DNA of 20,000 bases from Gemmatimonadota bacterium. Lineage in GTDB: Bacteria; JBHIER01; G020348925. Location: the NCBI GenBank assembly GCA_020348925.1, contig CP070758.1, positions 543,481 to 563,480 of the forward strand. Reading direction: 5' to 3'. The position numbers and the translations under genes were made by a program. The notes below the pieces were generated by a model that worked only from the letters and a program-made list of their open reading frames with translations, was not told the origin of the DNA and did no database searches. This document shows, one piece after another, positions 1 to 8,584 of this stretch. How positions within the stretch are numbered: the stretch's first letter is position 1; the number at the start of each line of letters is the position of its first letter.

Positions 1-788
1 TCGAAACCGTGTTGGATGTGCTGTGTCAGCATTTTAGGATCATCAGGGTGCAGGAAGTTTCTCAGGAAGTTCATCCCGATGAGGCCTTTGCGGCGGATAA
101 TCTCCGTGGCTATCTCATCGGAGAGATTGCGATCGTGATCGTACACGGCCCTGAAATTGGAGTGGCTGGCGATGACGGGGATGTTCAGACCTTTCCTGTC
201 GATGTAGTCGAGTATGTCGTGGGCCAGGGTGGTGCTGGTATGGGACAGGTCCACGGCGATACGCCTGCCATCGAGATAATCCATCAGAACTTTGCCGTCG
301 TCTTTGAGGCCGGACTTCGAACTATTGCCACCGCCGAAGCGATTTTCACCATGATGCGTGAGTGAGAGATACAACAGGCGTTCGGTTTTCTGAAGTATCT
401 GCTCCAATCGAGTGAAGGTCTGTTCCAATGGCTCGTCTTCCTCGCAGAGCCCGGAAACATTCTCAATGGCGGCGAGGATTCCGGTTTTTTTCGAACCAAG
501 AGCTCCGTGCAATTGCTTTGGGCCGGCAAGAGGTGTGAAGAACTGGTTCTCATCCCGGAGCAGTTGTCGGAATATCTCGGCTTGTTTTCTGGCCAGGTCC
601 GCACTCCCCTTTTCTGTAGATGTATATATGGCCAAAACTTGCAGCTTGACGTTGCCCTCCTGCAGGTGGGGAATGGCACAGCCGATATCCTCTTTGTTCG
701 CAGGATGAGCGCCTTTGACGCTGGCGAGGTAGACAAGCAGGTCGCAGTGCATGTCGAAAATCGGATGAGCGTCTCTATCGGGGATCAT
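1..788 (-). CDS. Membrane dipeptidase (peptidase M19, amidohydrolase fold), 3' end runs off the window
   Basis: Not in the ORF track. Manual translation from ATG 788 gives MIPDRDAHPIFDMHCDLL...AIENVSG...SLTHHGENRFGGG...VDLSHTS...IASHSNFRAV..HDRNLSDE, which matches M19 metal-ligand motifs. ATGA overlap with the upstream stop at 785-788. Confidence 0.9.
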   Translation of the reverse strand, partial: MIPDRDAHPIFDMHCDLLVYLASVKGAHPANKEDIGCAIPHLQEGNVKLQVLAIYTSTEKGSADLARKQAEIFRQLLRDENQFFTPLAGPKQLHGALGSKKTGILAAIENVSGLCEEDEPLEQTFTRLEQILQKTERLLYLSLTHHGENRFGGGNSSKSGLKDDGKVLMDYLDGRRIAVDLSHTSTTLAHDILDYIDRKGLNIPVIASHSNFRAVYDHDRNLSDEIATEIIRRKGLIGMNFLRNFLHPDDPKMLTQHIQHGF

Positions 789-1417
789 TTACTTGACTCC
801 ATAGTCTCAATGACTTTCTTACCCGCCACCCGGGCACTGTCAAGGACGTCGGGATAGTTTCGCACGTCTCCGGGTTTGTGAGCTCCCGGGGCAACGACGG
901 TGGCGAAGAGTTCCATCTTGAGCCAATCGAGTGCACCCTGGAACATCCCTGTGGTGTGACGGGCAGAGGTCTGCTTCGTATCCTCCAACGGTATTGCGAG
1001 GATGGCCCGTTTCCCCTTGAATGACACAATACCTCCGTGGTGGGCTCCGTACCAACGGTCGAGGAAGGTTTTGAACTGGGCTGTGGGACCGTAGTAGTAA
1101 ATCGGTGTGCCCAGAACCCAGACCTGGCTGTGCTGCATCTTCTCAAAGAGAACCTGCATGTCGTCCTGCTGCACGCAATCGCCGATTTCGTAGCAGGCAT
1201 CGCAACCCTGACAGGGCGCAATAGCGAGCTCGGTCAGGATAATCTTCTCCACCACTGCGCCCCCTTCCGCCGCCCCGGAGAGGACCTCATCCACGAGGAT
1301 TTCCGTATTCCCCCCGCGGCGCGGACTTCCCACGATACCCAAAACTCGGGTACGATCTTTGTCGCCGTTCATCAGTATCTCCTTTATTGGAGTGATAAGA
1401 TTTTCGTCGTTTGCCAT
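785..1417 (-). CDS. Flavodoxin-fold iron-sulfur flavoprotein / NADPH-dependent FMN reductase family
   Basis: GSPRRGGNT FMN-binding loop, CQGCDACYEIGDC (Cx2Cx2Cx5C) cluster motif, GTPIYY and K.FLDR motifs. Confidence 0.9.
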   Translation of the reverse strand: MANDENLITPIKEILMNGDKDRTRVLGIVGSPRRGGNTEILVDEVLSGAAEGGAVVEKIILTELAIAPCQGCDACYEIGDCVQQDDMQVLFEKMQHSQVWVLGTPIYYYGPTAQFKTFLDRWYGAHHGGIVSFKGKRAILAIPLEDTKQTSARHTTGMFQGALDWLKMELFATVVAPGAHKPGDVRNYPDVLDSARVAGKKVIETMESSK

Positions 1418-1430
1418 TCAAAAAAAATTC

Positions 1431-2204
1431 TTATTTGAGTAAAAGTAAAGTCGAGGCAAGTGTTGATGCAAGAATCAAAATTCGGTATGGCTTATCGGGG
1501 ATGGCCCGAACAATCCGGATCCCAAAATAAAAACCGCCCACAATGGCCGGTGCCATAAGGAGATCGAACGCCATGGTTTTCAGGGTTACGGTCTTCCAGA
1601 AAATGACATGCAGGGGTATTTTCGATAGGCCGACCAGAACGAAAAGGCAGGATGCAGTACCTATAAGGTTATACTTCGGAAGGCGCATGGCCAGCAGGTA
1701 GAGCCACATGAGTGGACCTCCGACATTTCCGACCATCGTAGCAAATCCTCCCGAGATACCCAACACCATAGGAAACCACCAGCCTTCGGGGACTGTGACA
1801 CTTTGCTCCCCTATATCCTGCCGTGTCATGACGGCAATTCCGGCGAATACAGTTCCAGCCAGGATTTTCTTGAAGAGATCATCGGAGATGAAATTCCCTA
1901 CGAGGAGTCCCGCCATGATCCCCAATAGAATCCACGGCATGAAGCGCACGACGTACTTCCAACGCGCATGATGGTTGTAATAATGAACGGCCAAAATATC
2001 CGCAATGATGTTTATGGGTAAGACAACCCCTGTTGATGCTCTTCCTCCAAAGAGGTTCGCCATAATGAGTACGACAAGCGAATTGAGACCCATCAATCCC
2101 GCTTTCGTAATGCCGGCAAGCATTCCACATGCGAGTGAAAAAATCCATGTCAGAGGCGAGAGATTGGACCATTCAAATGACACGGTCATCACCATTTTTG
2201 ACAC
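1431..2204 (-). CDS. Sulfite exporter TauE/SafE family membrane protein
   Basis: Multi-TM protein with G.TKAG..G, STGVVLP..I.AD and GGFATMVGNVGGP motifs. The exact start (GTG 2204 or a nearby ATG) is uncertain. Confidence 0.85.
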   Translation of the reverse strand: MSKMVMTVSFEWSNLSPLTWIFSLACGMLAGITKAGLMGLNSLVVLIMANLFGGRASTGVVLPINIIADILAVHYYNHHARWKYVVRFMPWILLGIMAGLLVGNFISDDLFKKILAGTVFAGIAVMTRQDIGEQSVTVPEGWWFPMVLGISGGFATMVGNVGGPLMWLYLLAMRLPKYNLIGTASCLFVLVGLSKIPLHVIFWKTVTLKTMAFDLLMAPAIVGGFYFGIRIVRAIPDKPYRILILASTLASTLLLLK

Positions 2205-2298
2205 CTGAATACATTATCGAAAAAACTGCCATACCTGTCCCTGCTAAAGTTCTGAAACGATTCCGGAAGGCATTTCGTCTTCCATTTACCTTGGCTCA

Positions 2299-2670
2299 CT
2301 ATTTTTCGGTTGAGCCCTTCCTTTTCGTTTTATCCAATTCATCCAAAACTTTGAAGACATAGCGAGCGGACCAGTCTATTACATTGCCGCCTAACGCCAA
2401 AGCGACAGCGGTCGCTTCCAATATCTCCTTTCGATCGACGCCAAGGTCAACAGCACTGTTGACGTGATACTCTATTCAGCCATAACATCCGTTGCTGATA
2501 CTTATTCCCAGAGCGATCAGCTCTTTGTATTTTTGTTTAAGAGCTCCATCCTTCAAAGCGTTCTCTTCGATCTGTGCCAGTTCACGAAATGTGCTTACAC
2601 CGCTGAGGTACATCTTGGCATTGTACTTTTTTCTTAACTGCTGAATGTCATGAATATCGTCGAACATCAT
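2299..2670 (-). CDS. Carboxymuconolactone decarboxylase/AhpD-like protein, predicted selenoprotein (Sec65 at in-frame TGA 2476-2478), 123 aa
   Basis: AAGGAGG RBS. Translation DGALKQKYKELIALGISISNGCYG-TGA-IEYHVNSAVDLGVDRKEILEATAVALALGG... stays in frame to TAG at 2299-2301. The TGA falls at the second Cys of the CxxCIxxH motif. Confidence 0.88.
2446..2463 (-). promoter_or_regulatory. Candidate bacterial SECIS hairpin
   Basis: mRNA reads UGA-AUAGAGUAUCAC-GUCAACA-GUGC-UGUUGAC: a perfect 7-bp stem starting 12 nt after the UGA, with an apical loop beginning in G. Confidence 0.75.
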
Positions 2671-2807
2671 AGCCTCCTTTCCTTGGCTCCGGCAAGAGTT
2701 GCCCCTTCATAAAGAATACCGACACGCCTGTTAAGACTCTTACCTCGATTCTCTTCAGTTTCTTTAGACAAACATAACGATTTTCATGTCACCATAATAA
2801 CCTCCTC

Positions 2808-5120
2808 TCACATTTGAAACAGATATTGCAGCTTGACGAAAAACTGCCGCGAGGTCAAACGGGTCGAGCATTCGGTTCCATCAATCCCCAGACCGTTATA
2901 TTTACAGTAGTCGTACGTCGTTCCAAAGTAGAAAAGAGAGAAAGGACTCAACCGGTAGGTCAACAGCGGGTCAACATCCCAGGTTTCATAGAAGTCGTTG
3001 TACTGTATGACCCAGCGTAATGACAGTTCCCTTGTAATTTGATAATACAGCCGTGTCCTGAAAATGGATCCTTCGAAGAGACTCTCGTCGGACTCGAGAT
3101 CGTTACTGGTCGCATATGTAAAAGAGGGTTCGAGGAGTAACCTGCGGGTCGGTCTGATGTAACCGTAGAGATCAATTTGGCTTTCCTTTCCCATGACCGG
3201 AGGGTTTTCCAGACGGGCGATCCGATGGCCGTAGTCCATTGAAAATTCCAGGGAGAGCATTTCGCTGAAATTCCTGGATGCATAGAGATTTCCATTCCAT
3301 ATGTTTTGAAACCGTATTCCTTTCAACCGCTCTGCTCTTCGTGCATATGAACAAGAGACGGTCACCTGACCTTTGAGCTGAACAGCGATCTCGCCTTTGA
3401 TCACTTCTATCTTCGGCGTGCCGTTGAAATTCCATCGTTTTCCAAAGTAGGCATTCGGCTTGATACGCTCGACGGCACTGTTCTCAAAGTAAAAAGTGTA
3501 TGTCGTCGTGAGCTCTGTCTGTCGCCAATTGTTGCTGGGGCGATAACCGAGATCGGCGCGGTACGTGGGGCTGAATTCCCAGTAGGTGGCGTCGAAATCG
3601 AGATGGCGGGAGCGCTCTTCGAGGTTGATTGTGAGAGCGTGTCCTGCGAAAGATTCACCGTCAAAAGCGGCCGTATGCGAGCCACCGTCGAAGGTGGAAT
3701 CGATCACATCATCTTGGATAAGTTCTTCGATATCCTCTGAGAGCTTCTCGTCCTCCGGCTCCATCGTGTAACTGCCAATCACCTGGCCCTGCAATCGAAA
3801 GTTCTTGTGCAGGTATATCTGACTGTCAAAGCTCGCAAGCGTACCTGAGCCGCCTCCGTCCAGGCGGCGATCGGTCACCAGAAGTCCGGCGTGAGAATCC
3901 GTGCCGAAAGTCCTTTTCATCCTGAGAACGTTTGAACAGCTTTTTCCGGCTGAAAGAAGCCCGCTGCTCTCCTCAAAGGGCAGTACTATTGGCGAGTCCT
4001 CATCGCGCGCCACCACATAGGCGTAACTCGTCTTATTCATTCGCCCCGTCATCTTCGCCGCCAACCGGGGATTGTTGATTGTCCGGGTGTAAAAGGTAAT
4101 GATCCACGTATTGAACAGGTCGCTGCCCTCCTGGAAAAAAGGCCGTCGCTCCGGGTAAAACAGGGCGAAGGTGGTATTGACGTCTATCTGGTCGGCGTCC
4201 GCTTCGACCTGACTGAAATCCGGATTCACGGTCGCTTCAACGGCGATATTAGAGGTCGGCTCGAAGGTGGCACTCATTGAAAGCTCCCCCTCGGGGTCGC
4301 CATTCTCAAATCTGAAGGGCGAATCGGCGGTTCCGCCTCCGTTCAGGGCGCCTGACTGGTAACTGATGAGGCTCGGCAGGATTTCGACACCTTTTCCCGG
4401 CTCTATGTTCCGGATCCCCTCAATGGTTCCCCACTGACACGGCCGGCAGGGCTCGTTTCGGTCGTAAGCCGCCCAGGAATATTCGCGCCAGCTCTGGCGC
4501 GGGTGAATGCGATAAAAGTCGACCTTCCAGACCTGCTCCTGCTGATTGGGAAAACGGAGGCTGGAGAAGGGGACGGCGATCTCCACCTGGTAGCCGAAAT
4601 CCGTGATCTCCCCCGCCGACTCCCAGATCACGTCGTACCCGATGTCCCAACCGCCGCTGCGCGACCACAGCCAGTCGCACTGGATCCCGTAGGGATTGGC
4701 CATAAGCTCATAGGCCCACGCGGCGTCGCCGTAGGTATCGATCAAAAGCTCGACAACGTCGTTGCCCCGCAGTTGATCCCGGTCACAGTATGTGGCCCGA
4801 ACCGCTGCCGGATCGTCGTAACAGAGAAAGGCGACGTACAGATGTTGATCGTCATAGGTTATGAGGGCTTTTGTCTCCACCGGAGGTTTCGTTTGATCAC
4901 CGGGCTCGTGTTCGGCAAAATTGTCCGCCACAGCGGCCCCATGCCAGCCGGGATCGTCCAGCCGTCCGTCGATCTTTACGATCCCAGCAGCCGGCTTTAC
5001 TTCGAGCGTGGGATTGAATACAGGAGTGAAGGTGTCACTGTTTTCAGAACTTGAGGTGAGTGACACCGTTGCTAAGAGAAACAAGGCTGCCATTACTGGA
5101 GAGATGCTTTTGCGTTTCAT
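2808..5120 (-). CDS. Secreted/outer-membrane protein with CBM9-like (DOMON) and DUF5916 domains
   Basis: Probable start MKRKSISP at 5120 behind AGGAGGAG, followed by a signal peptide. Contains IDGRLDDPGW, YDDQHLYVAF, WESAG...VEIAVPFSSLRF and ATVNPDFSQVEAD...FALFYPERRPFFQEG motifs, and a beta-barrel-like C-terminus (FFVKLQYLFQM). Confidence 0.85.
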   Translation of the reverse strand: MKRKSISPVMAALFLLATVSLTSSSENSDTFTPVFNPTLEVKPAAGIVKIDGRLDDPGWHGAAVADNFAEHEPGDQTKPPVETKALITYDDQHLYVAFLCYDDPAAVRATYCDRDQLRGNDVVELLIDTYGDAAWAYELMANPYGIQCDWLWSRSGGWDIGYDVIWESAGEITDFGYQVEIAVPFSSLRFPNQQEQVWKVDFYRIHPRQSWREYSWAAYDRNEPCRPCQWGTIEGIRNIEPGKGVEILPSLISYQSGALNGGGTADSPFRFENGDPEGELSMSATFEPTSNIAVEATVNPDFSQVEADADQIDVNTTFALFYPERRPFFQEGSDLFNTWIITFYTRTINNPRLAAKMTGRMNKTSYAYVVARDEDSPIVLPFEESSGLLSAGKSCSNVLRMKRTFGTDSHAGLLVTDRRLDGGGSGTLASFDSQIYLHKNFRLQGQVIGSYTMEPEDEKLSEDIEELIQDDVIDSTFDGGSHTAAFDGESFAGHALTINLEERSRHLDFDATYWEFSPTYRADLGYRPSNNWRQTELTTTYTFYFENSAVERIKPNAYFGKRWNFNGTPKIEVIKGEIAVQLKGQVTVSCSYARRAERLKGIRFQNIWNGNLYASRNFSEMLSLEFSMDYGHRIARLENPPVMGKESQIDLYGYIRPTRRLLLEPSFTYATSNDLESDESLFEGSIFRTRLYYQITRELSLRWVIQYNDFYETWDVDPLLTYRLSPFSLFYFGTTYDYCKYNGLGIDGTECSTRLTSRQFFVKLQYLFQM

Positions 5121-5275
5121 TTGTCTCCTCCTTGTTCTTCGGGCTTTGTTTGTCAGGCGATATACATTCGAATTTTTACGGTTCATATTGTTGCAAGTTG
5201 CAACTATTTTATTGCTTTTCACGGCAGCCGCAGTGTTGTGGCGTTGTACAGTCCTGTTGAGCTGGATATGAATTC

Positions 5276-5644
5276 TCAGTCGCCCAGGGGATGTACCTGG
5301 CTGTCTTCGACCATCAGCATGACGGCGCCCTCGGGAGCCCGTGTCCGATGTTCAACTCCCTTCGGCACTGTATACCCTTGATGAGGATTGAGCTCGACCG
5401 TGTCACCTTCCACATCGAGCACAAGCCTCCCCTTCAAGACAAAGAAAAACTCATCGGTCTGTTCGTGCTTATGCCAGTGGAACTCACCCCGGACGATGCC
5501 CAGTCGAACAACGCAATCGTTGACCTGGCACAGCGTCTGATTGAACCATTCTTCCCTGCACGAGGTCACTATGCTCGGGACGTCAATCAGTTCGGAATAC
5601 CCGTACTTCGTATTCAGGTCAATTTTGCAATTTTGTGATTTCAT
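5276..5644 (-). CDS. Cupin domain protein
   Basis: GEFHWHKHEQTDEFFFVLKG...VPKGVEHRT cupin motifs. AAGGAGG RBS. Confidence 0.9.
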   Translation of the reverse strand: MKSQNCKIDLNTKYGYSELIDVPSIVTSCREEWFNQTLCQVNDCVVRLGIVRGEFHWHKHEQTDEFFFVLKGRLVLDVEGDTVELNPHQGYTVPKGVEHRTRAPEGAVMLMVEDSQVHPLGD

Positions 5645-5702
5645 GAAACCTCCTTTTTTGTTAATTCATTCTTACTGCTTTAAAGAGGCGTTCGATACGA
5701 CG

Positions 5703-6368
5703 TCAATACCCCAGTTCTTCGCCGACCAAGACGACGGTGATGCGATCTGGAGACATGCTCGATTCGATGACGACGAGCTGGCTGCAGATCCTGTTGGGAG
5801 GGGTGCAGTGGGGGTCCTTGCAGAAACCGAACCGTGAGCAGGGCGTTTCGACATTTACGCGAATTGAGTCCAGGGGCGCGGCGGTCGTTTTTATTCTGGC
5901 AACGGCATCTTCGACAGTCGATACGACTTTGTTCATGCCCACCATGAGGATCACCCTCTTGGGTCCGAAGATCATACAGGCCACACGATTCCCAATGCCG
6001 TCCTGATTGACCAGTTGTCCGTCAGCCGTGATGGCGTTGCTGCTAGCAATAAAGACATCGGACAGCAGCCCCGTCCGCCGCATTTCATTGACCTCATCAC
6101 GGGTAACGCCGTCCTTGTACCGGTCGAGAAGCCTGATGTTCATCTTTCTGAGCGCGTCCACCAGACCCGACTCGATGATGGTTTCCGAACCGCCCAGGCC
6201 GACCAGCGCACCGTCCGGAATTTTCGCGCAAATTTCCCGAACGGCGATTTCGCTGTTCTCACAGTATATCCCTGTCATGTTTCTTCTCTTGAGGTTTTTG
6301 ATGATCTGCTCCGCCTGATTTTTGTAGATCGTCTCCTTGGGATTCGAGAATGCGTCTTTCGTCTCCAT
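5703..6368 (-). CDS. LUD-domain (lactate utilization protein C/YkgG-like) protein
   Basis: VGLGGSET, SSNAITADGQLVNQDGIGNRVA...GPKRV...GMNKVV, TPC...G.C.D..C.PPNRIC and LVGEELGY motifs. Start chosen at METKD (AAGGAG RBS). An in-frame ATG at 6476 also has a GGAGG RBS. Confidence 0.85.
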   Translation of the reverse strand: METKDAFSNPKETIYKNQAEQIIKNLKRRNMTGIYCENSEIAVREICAKIPDGALVGLGGSETIIESGLVDALRKMNIRLLDRYKDGVTRDEVNEMRRTGLLSDVFIASSNAITADGQLVNQDGIGNRVACMIFGPKRVILMVGMNKVVSTVEDAVARIKTTAAPLDSIRVNVETPCSRFGFCKDPHCTPPNRICSQLVVIESSMSPDRITVVLVGEELGY

Positions 6369-6504
6369 TATTACGGCTCCTTTCGAAAACGAGGTTTTGT
6401 GATCAATGATTTTACTCACTCCATGAGGTTGATCCTGTTCTCCGACCCCTTTCGTATGGCAGCAATTGATCTTCATGAGTAACACCTCCAAACGTATCGC
6501 AGAG

Positions 6505-7401
6505 TTAACAATTCTGTCGACGATTCGTGAACCAGATTCCGGAGAGGATCAGGATCGTTCCTGCAATTAGGGACCAATCCAATCCTTCTCCTAAAAAGAT
6601 GATACCGAGGCTCACTCCTATGACGGGAATGAGATACGTAATTGTGGAAGCACGGGTCGGGCCGAGGGAATGAATCAAGTGATAGAAGATTATCCAGCCC
6701 AGACCTGAGCTGAGTGCTCCCAGCCAGAGGATGGCCGTCCACGTTATTGTTCTTGCCGGTAACGTGAAAGGGATTTCAATCGAGAGGGTAATTGGCCACA
6801 TCACGATATTGGCCAGGAGCATGGTATAAAACGTCAGAAGGATCGGCGGGATGCCGCGAAACTTCGCCCGGGCGTACACATTTGAGGCACCATAGAAGGC
6901 CGACGACAATAGCAATGCACCGTGGCCCAGCAGCATCAGGCACAGTGCTTCTCTGGCTATACTGAAAGATGAGATGAGTTCATCGTGGACGAGCACGATG
7001 ACACCGAAAAATCCTAAGAGCAAACCCTGGACCCGCCGGACCGTCATCCGATCGTCGTCCAGGAAAACGTGGGCCACGAGAATCGTGAACAAGGGAACCG
7101 TGGCGTTGAGCACCGTAGCCACCGTCGAATCGATGTGCTGCTCCGCCCAGAAGATGAGGATCCAGGGAATCGCCATCGCGATCAGTCCCTGGATGAGCAG
7201 GTGTGAGCACATCTTCAAACTGCTGGGTGTTTCCGGTTTGCCACGTACGAAGAATACGAACGTCGCCAACAGCCCCGTCAGAAGCCGAAGCGTCACGACA
7301 GTCAGGGGGCTGCTCTCCTGAACGGCGATCTTTATCCAGAGAAACGATGACCCCCAGAGACAGGCGAGCGTTATAAAGACTGACCACTGTTTAGCGTTCA
7401 T
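6505..7401 (-). CDS. DMT/EamA family transporter
   Basis: LWGSSFLWIKIA start, about 10 TM segments, GPTRASTITYLIPV.GV.LG..FLGE. Confidence 0.92.
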   Translation of the reverse strand: MNAKQWSVFITLACLWGSSFLWIKIAVQESSPLTVVTLRLLTGLLATFVFFVRGKPETPSSLKMCSHLLIQGLIAMAIPWILIFWAEQHIDSTVATVLNATVPLFTILVAHVFLDDDRMTVRRVQGLLLGFFGVIVLVHDELISSFSIAREALCLMLLGHGALLLSSAFYGASNVYARAKFRGIPPILLTFYTMLLANIVMWPITLSIEIPFTLPARTITWTAILWLGALSSGLGWIIFYHLIHSLGPTRASTITYLIPVIGVSLGIIFLGEGLDWSLIAGTILILSGIWFTNRRQNC

Positions 7402-7631
7402 AGGAACTCGATCGTTTCGTGTTCGACAGACACAAGCTGCACTTTCCTCCGAGACGGGATCGCACAGGATACGTACCCTGTGCGGAAAAATGGAAGGGGA
7501 TATATATCCCTATCCCAATTATCGGCCGGCGTACACATACCGGGCGATCAAGGTTTTTCCGCACCTCTGCTCCCGCTTCGATGACCTTGATGGGATAACT
7601 CGAAGCGGATGGCACGGACTCCTAAGACATG

Positions 7632-8411
7632 TCACAGCAGCGCCGGCACGTGGCCGCCATCGATGACGATACTTTGACCGGTGATGTAGCCTGCCTGACG
7701 TGAACACAAGAAGGCACACAACGCACCGAACTCCTCGATAGTACCCAGCCGCTTCATTGGTCCTCTCTCGGCGTAACGCTGGACGGCCTCATCCGGAGGG
7801 AGATCCCCACGCCCGATGACATGCGGCGCGAATCGCCGCAAGAGGTCCGTGTCGAATGGTCCCGGTAAAATGGAGTTTACCGTAACTCCCGCTGCCCCCA
7901 CCTCACGAGCGCGTGTTCCAAGTGCGCCCAGCAGACCGGGCTTTATACCGTTCGATAGCGGAGTACCGGTAGTGATCTCCTTCGCAGAAATCGAGCTGAT
8001 GTTGACTATACGACCGTATCCCTCTTCGATCATGTCAGGCAGACACCGCTGGACCAGGTCCAGCGCGGACAGCATAACGAGCTCGAAGGCCGCACGCCAG
8101 TCCTTTTTGCTCTTGCTCATGAATGTCCCTGGCGGCGGTCCGTCGATGTTGGTGACCAGTATCGATATCGTCCCGAGGCGGGCTCGTGCTTCCTTGAATA
8201 GGCGCGCGCGCTCTACGGCCCGGCTTACGTCGGCCTGCACGAAATGTGCCTTTTCCCCCAGTTTTGATTCCGCGTCGAGGCCTCGTTCCGTATTGCGACC
8301 GTTTATGACGACACGCACTCCTTCGGCTGCCAACGCCGCGGCGCATCCGAATCCGAGTCCCCGCGTACTCGACATCAAGAGCGCTGTCTTTTCCGCAATT
8401 CCAAAGTCCAT
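7632..8411 (-). CDS. SDR family oxidoreductase (3-oxoacyl-ACP reductase-like)
   Basis: SSTRGLGFG nucleotide-binding loop, GPPPG, GRIVNISS, VTVNSILPGPFDT and YITGQSIVIDGG motifs. Confidence 0.9.
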   Translation of the reverse strand: MDFGIAEKTALLMSSTRGLGFGCAAALAAEGVRVVINGRNTERGLDAESKLGEKAHFVQADVSRAVERARLFKEARARLGTISILVTNIDGPPPGTFMSKSKKDWRAAFELVMLSALDLVQRCLPDMIEEGYGRIVNISSISAKEITTGTPLSNGIKPGLLGALGTRAREVGAAGVTVNSILPGPFDTDLLRRFAPHVIGRGDLPPDEAVQRYAERGPMKRLGTIEEFGALCAFLCSRQAGYITGQSIVIDGGHVPALL

Positions 8412-8584
8412 GGGGCAACCTCCGAAATCTTGCCAAGCAGATGATTGTGTCTCACCTCTTGAACCCTAACTTGTTCTTCTGATATTGTCGTCGTTGTATT
8501 CACGACCTTCAGGTCCGTAAGCGTAGCCCTATTATGATGCATAATGGTTCGTAAAAGTTACCTGATTGTGATGCGTACTCTGCA

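Noticed and set aside
2476-2670. 64-aa stand-alone ORF or nonsense pseudogene
   Set aside because: The stop is TGA exactly at a catalytic Cys position, the downstream frame is intact, and a SECIS-like hairpin follows. Sec recoding explains this better.
7391-7615. 74-aa ORF and CGCACAGG/CCTGTGCG hairpin between the SDR and EamA genes
   Set aside because: No protein motif or clear RBS. The hairpin has no U-tract, so neither a gene nor a terminator can be supported.
7632-8411. SDR lacking the catalytic Tyr (SNGIK instead of YxxxK) as a pseudogene sign
   Set aside because: Ser/Asn at this position occurs in this GPPPG-type SDR subgroup, and the frame is intact.
7816-8469. Long antisense or alternate-frame ORFs (e.g. 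9-365, 4503-5054, 7816-8469, 15082-15798, 18355-18936)
   Set aside because: Shadows of well-supported genes on the opposite strand, with no recognisable motifs.
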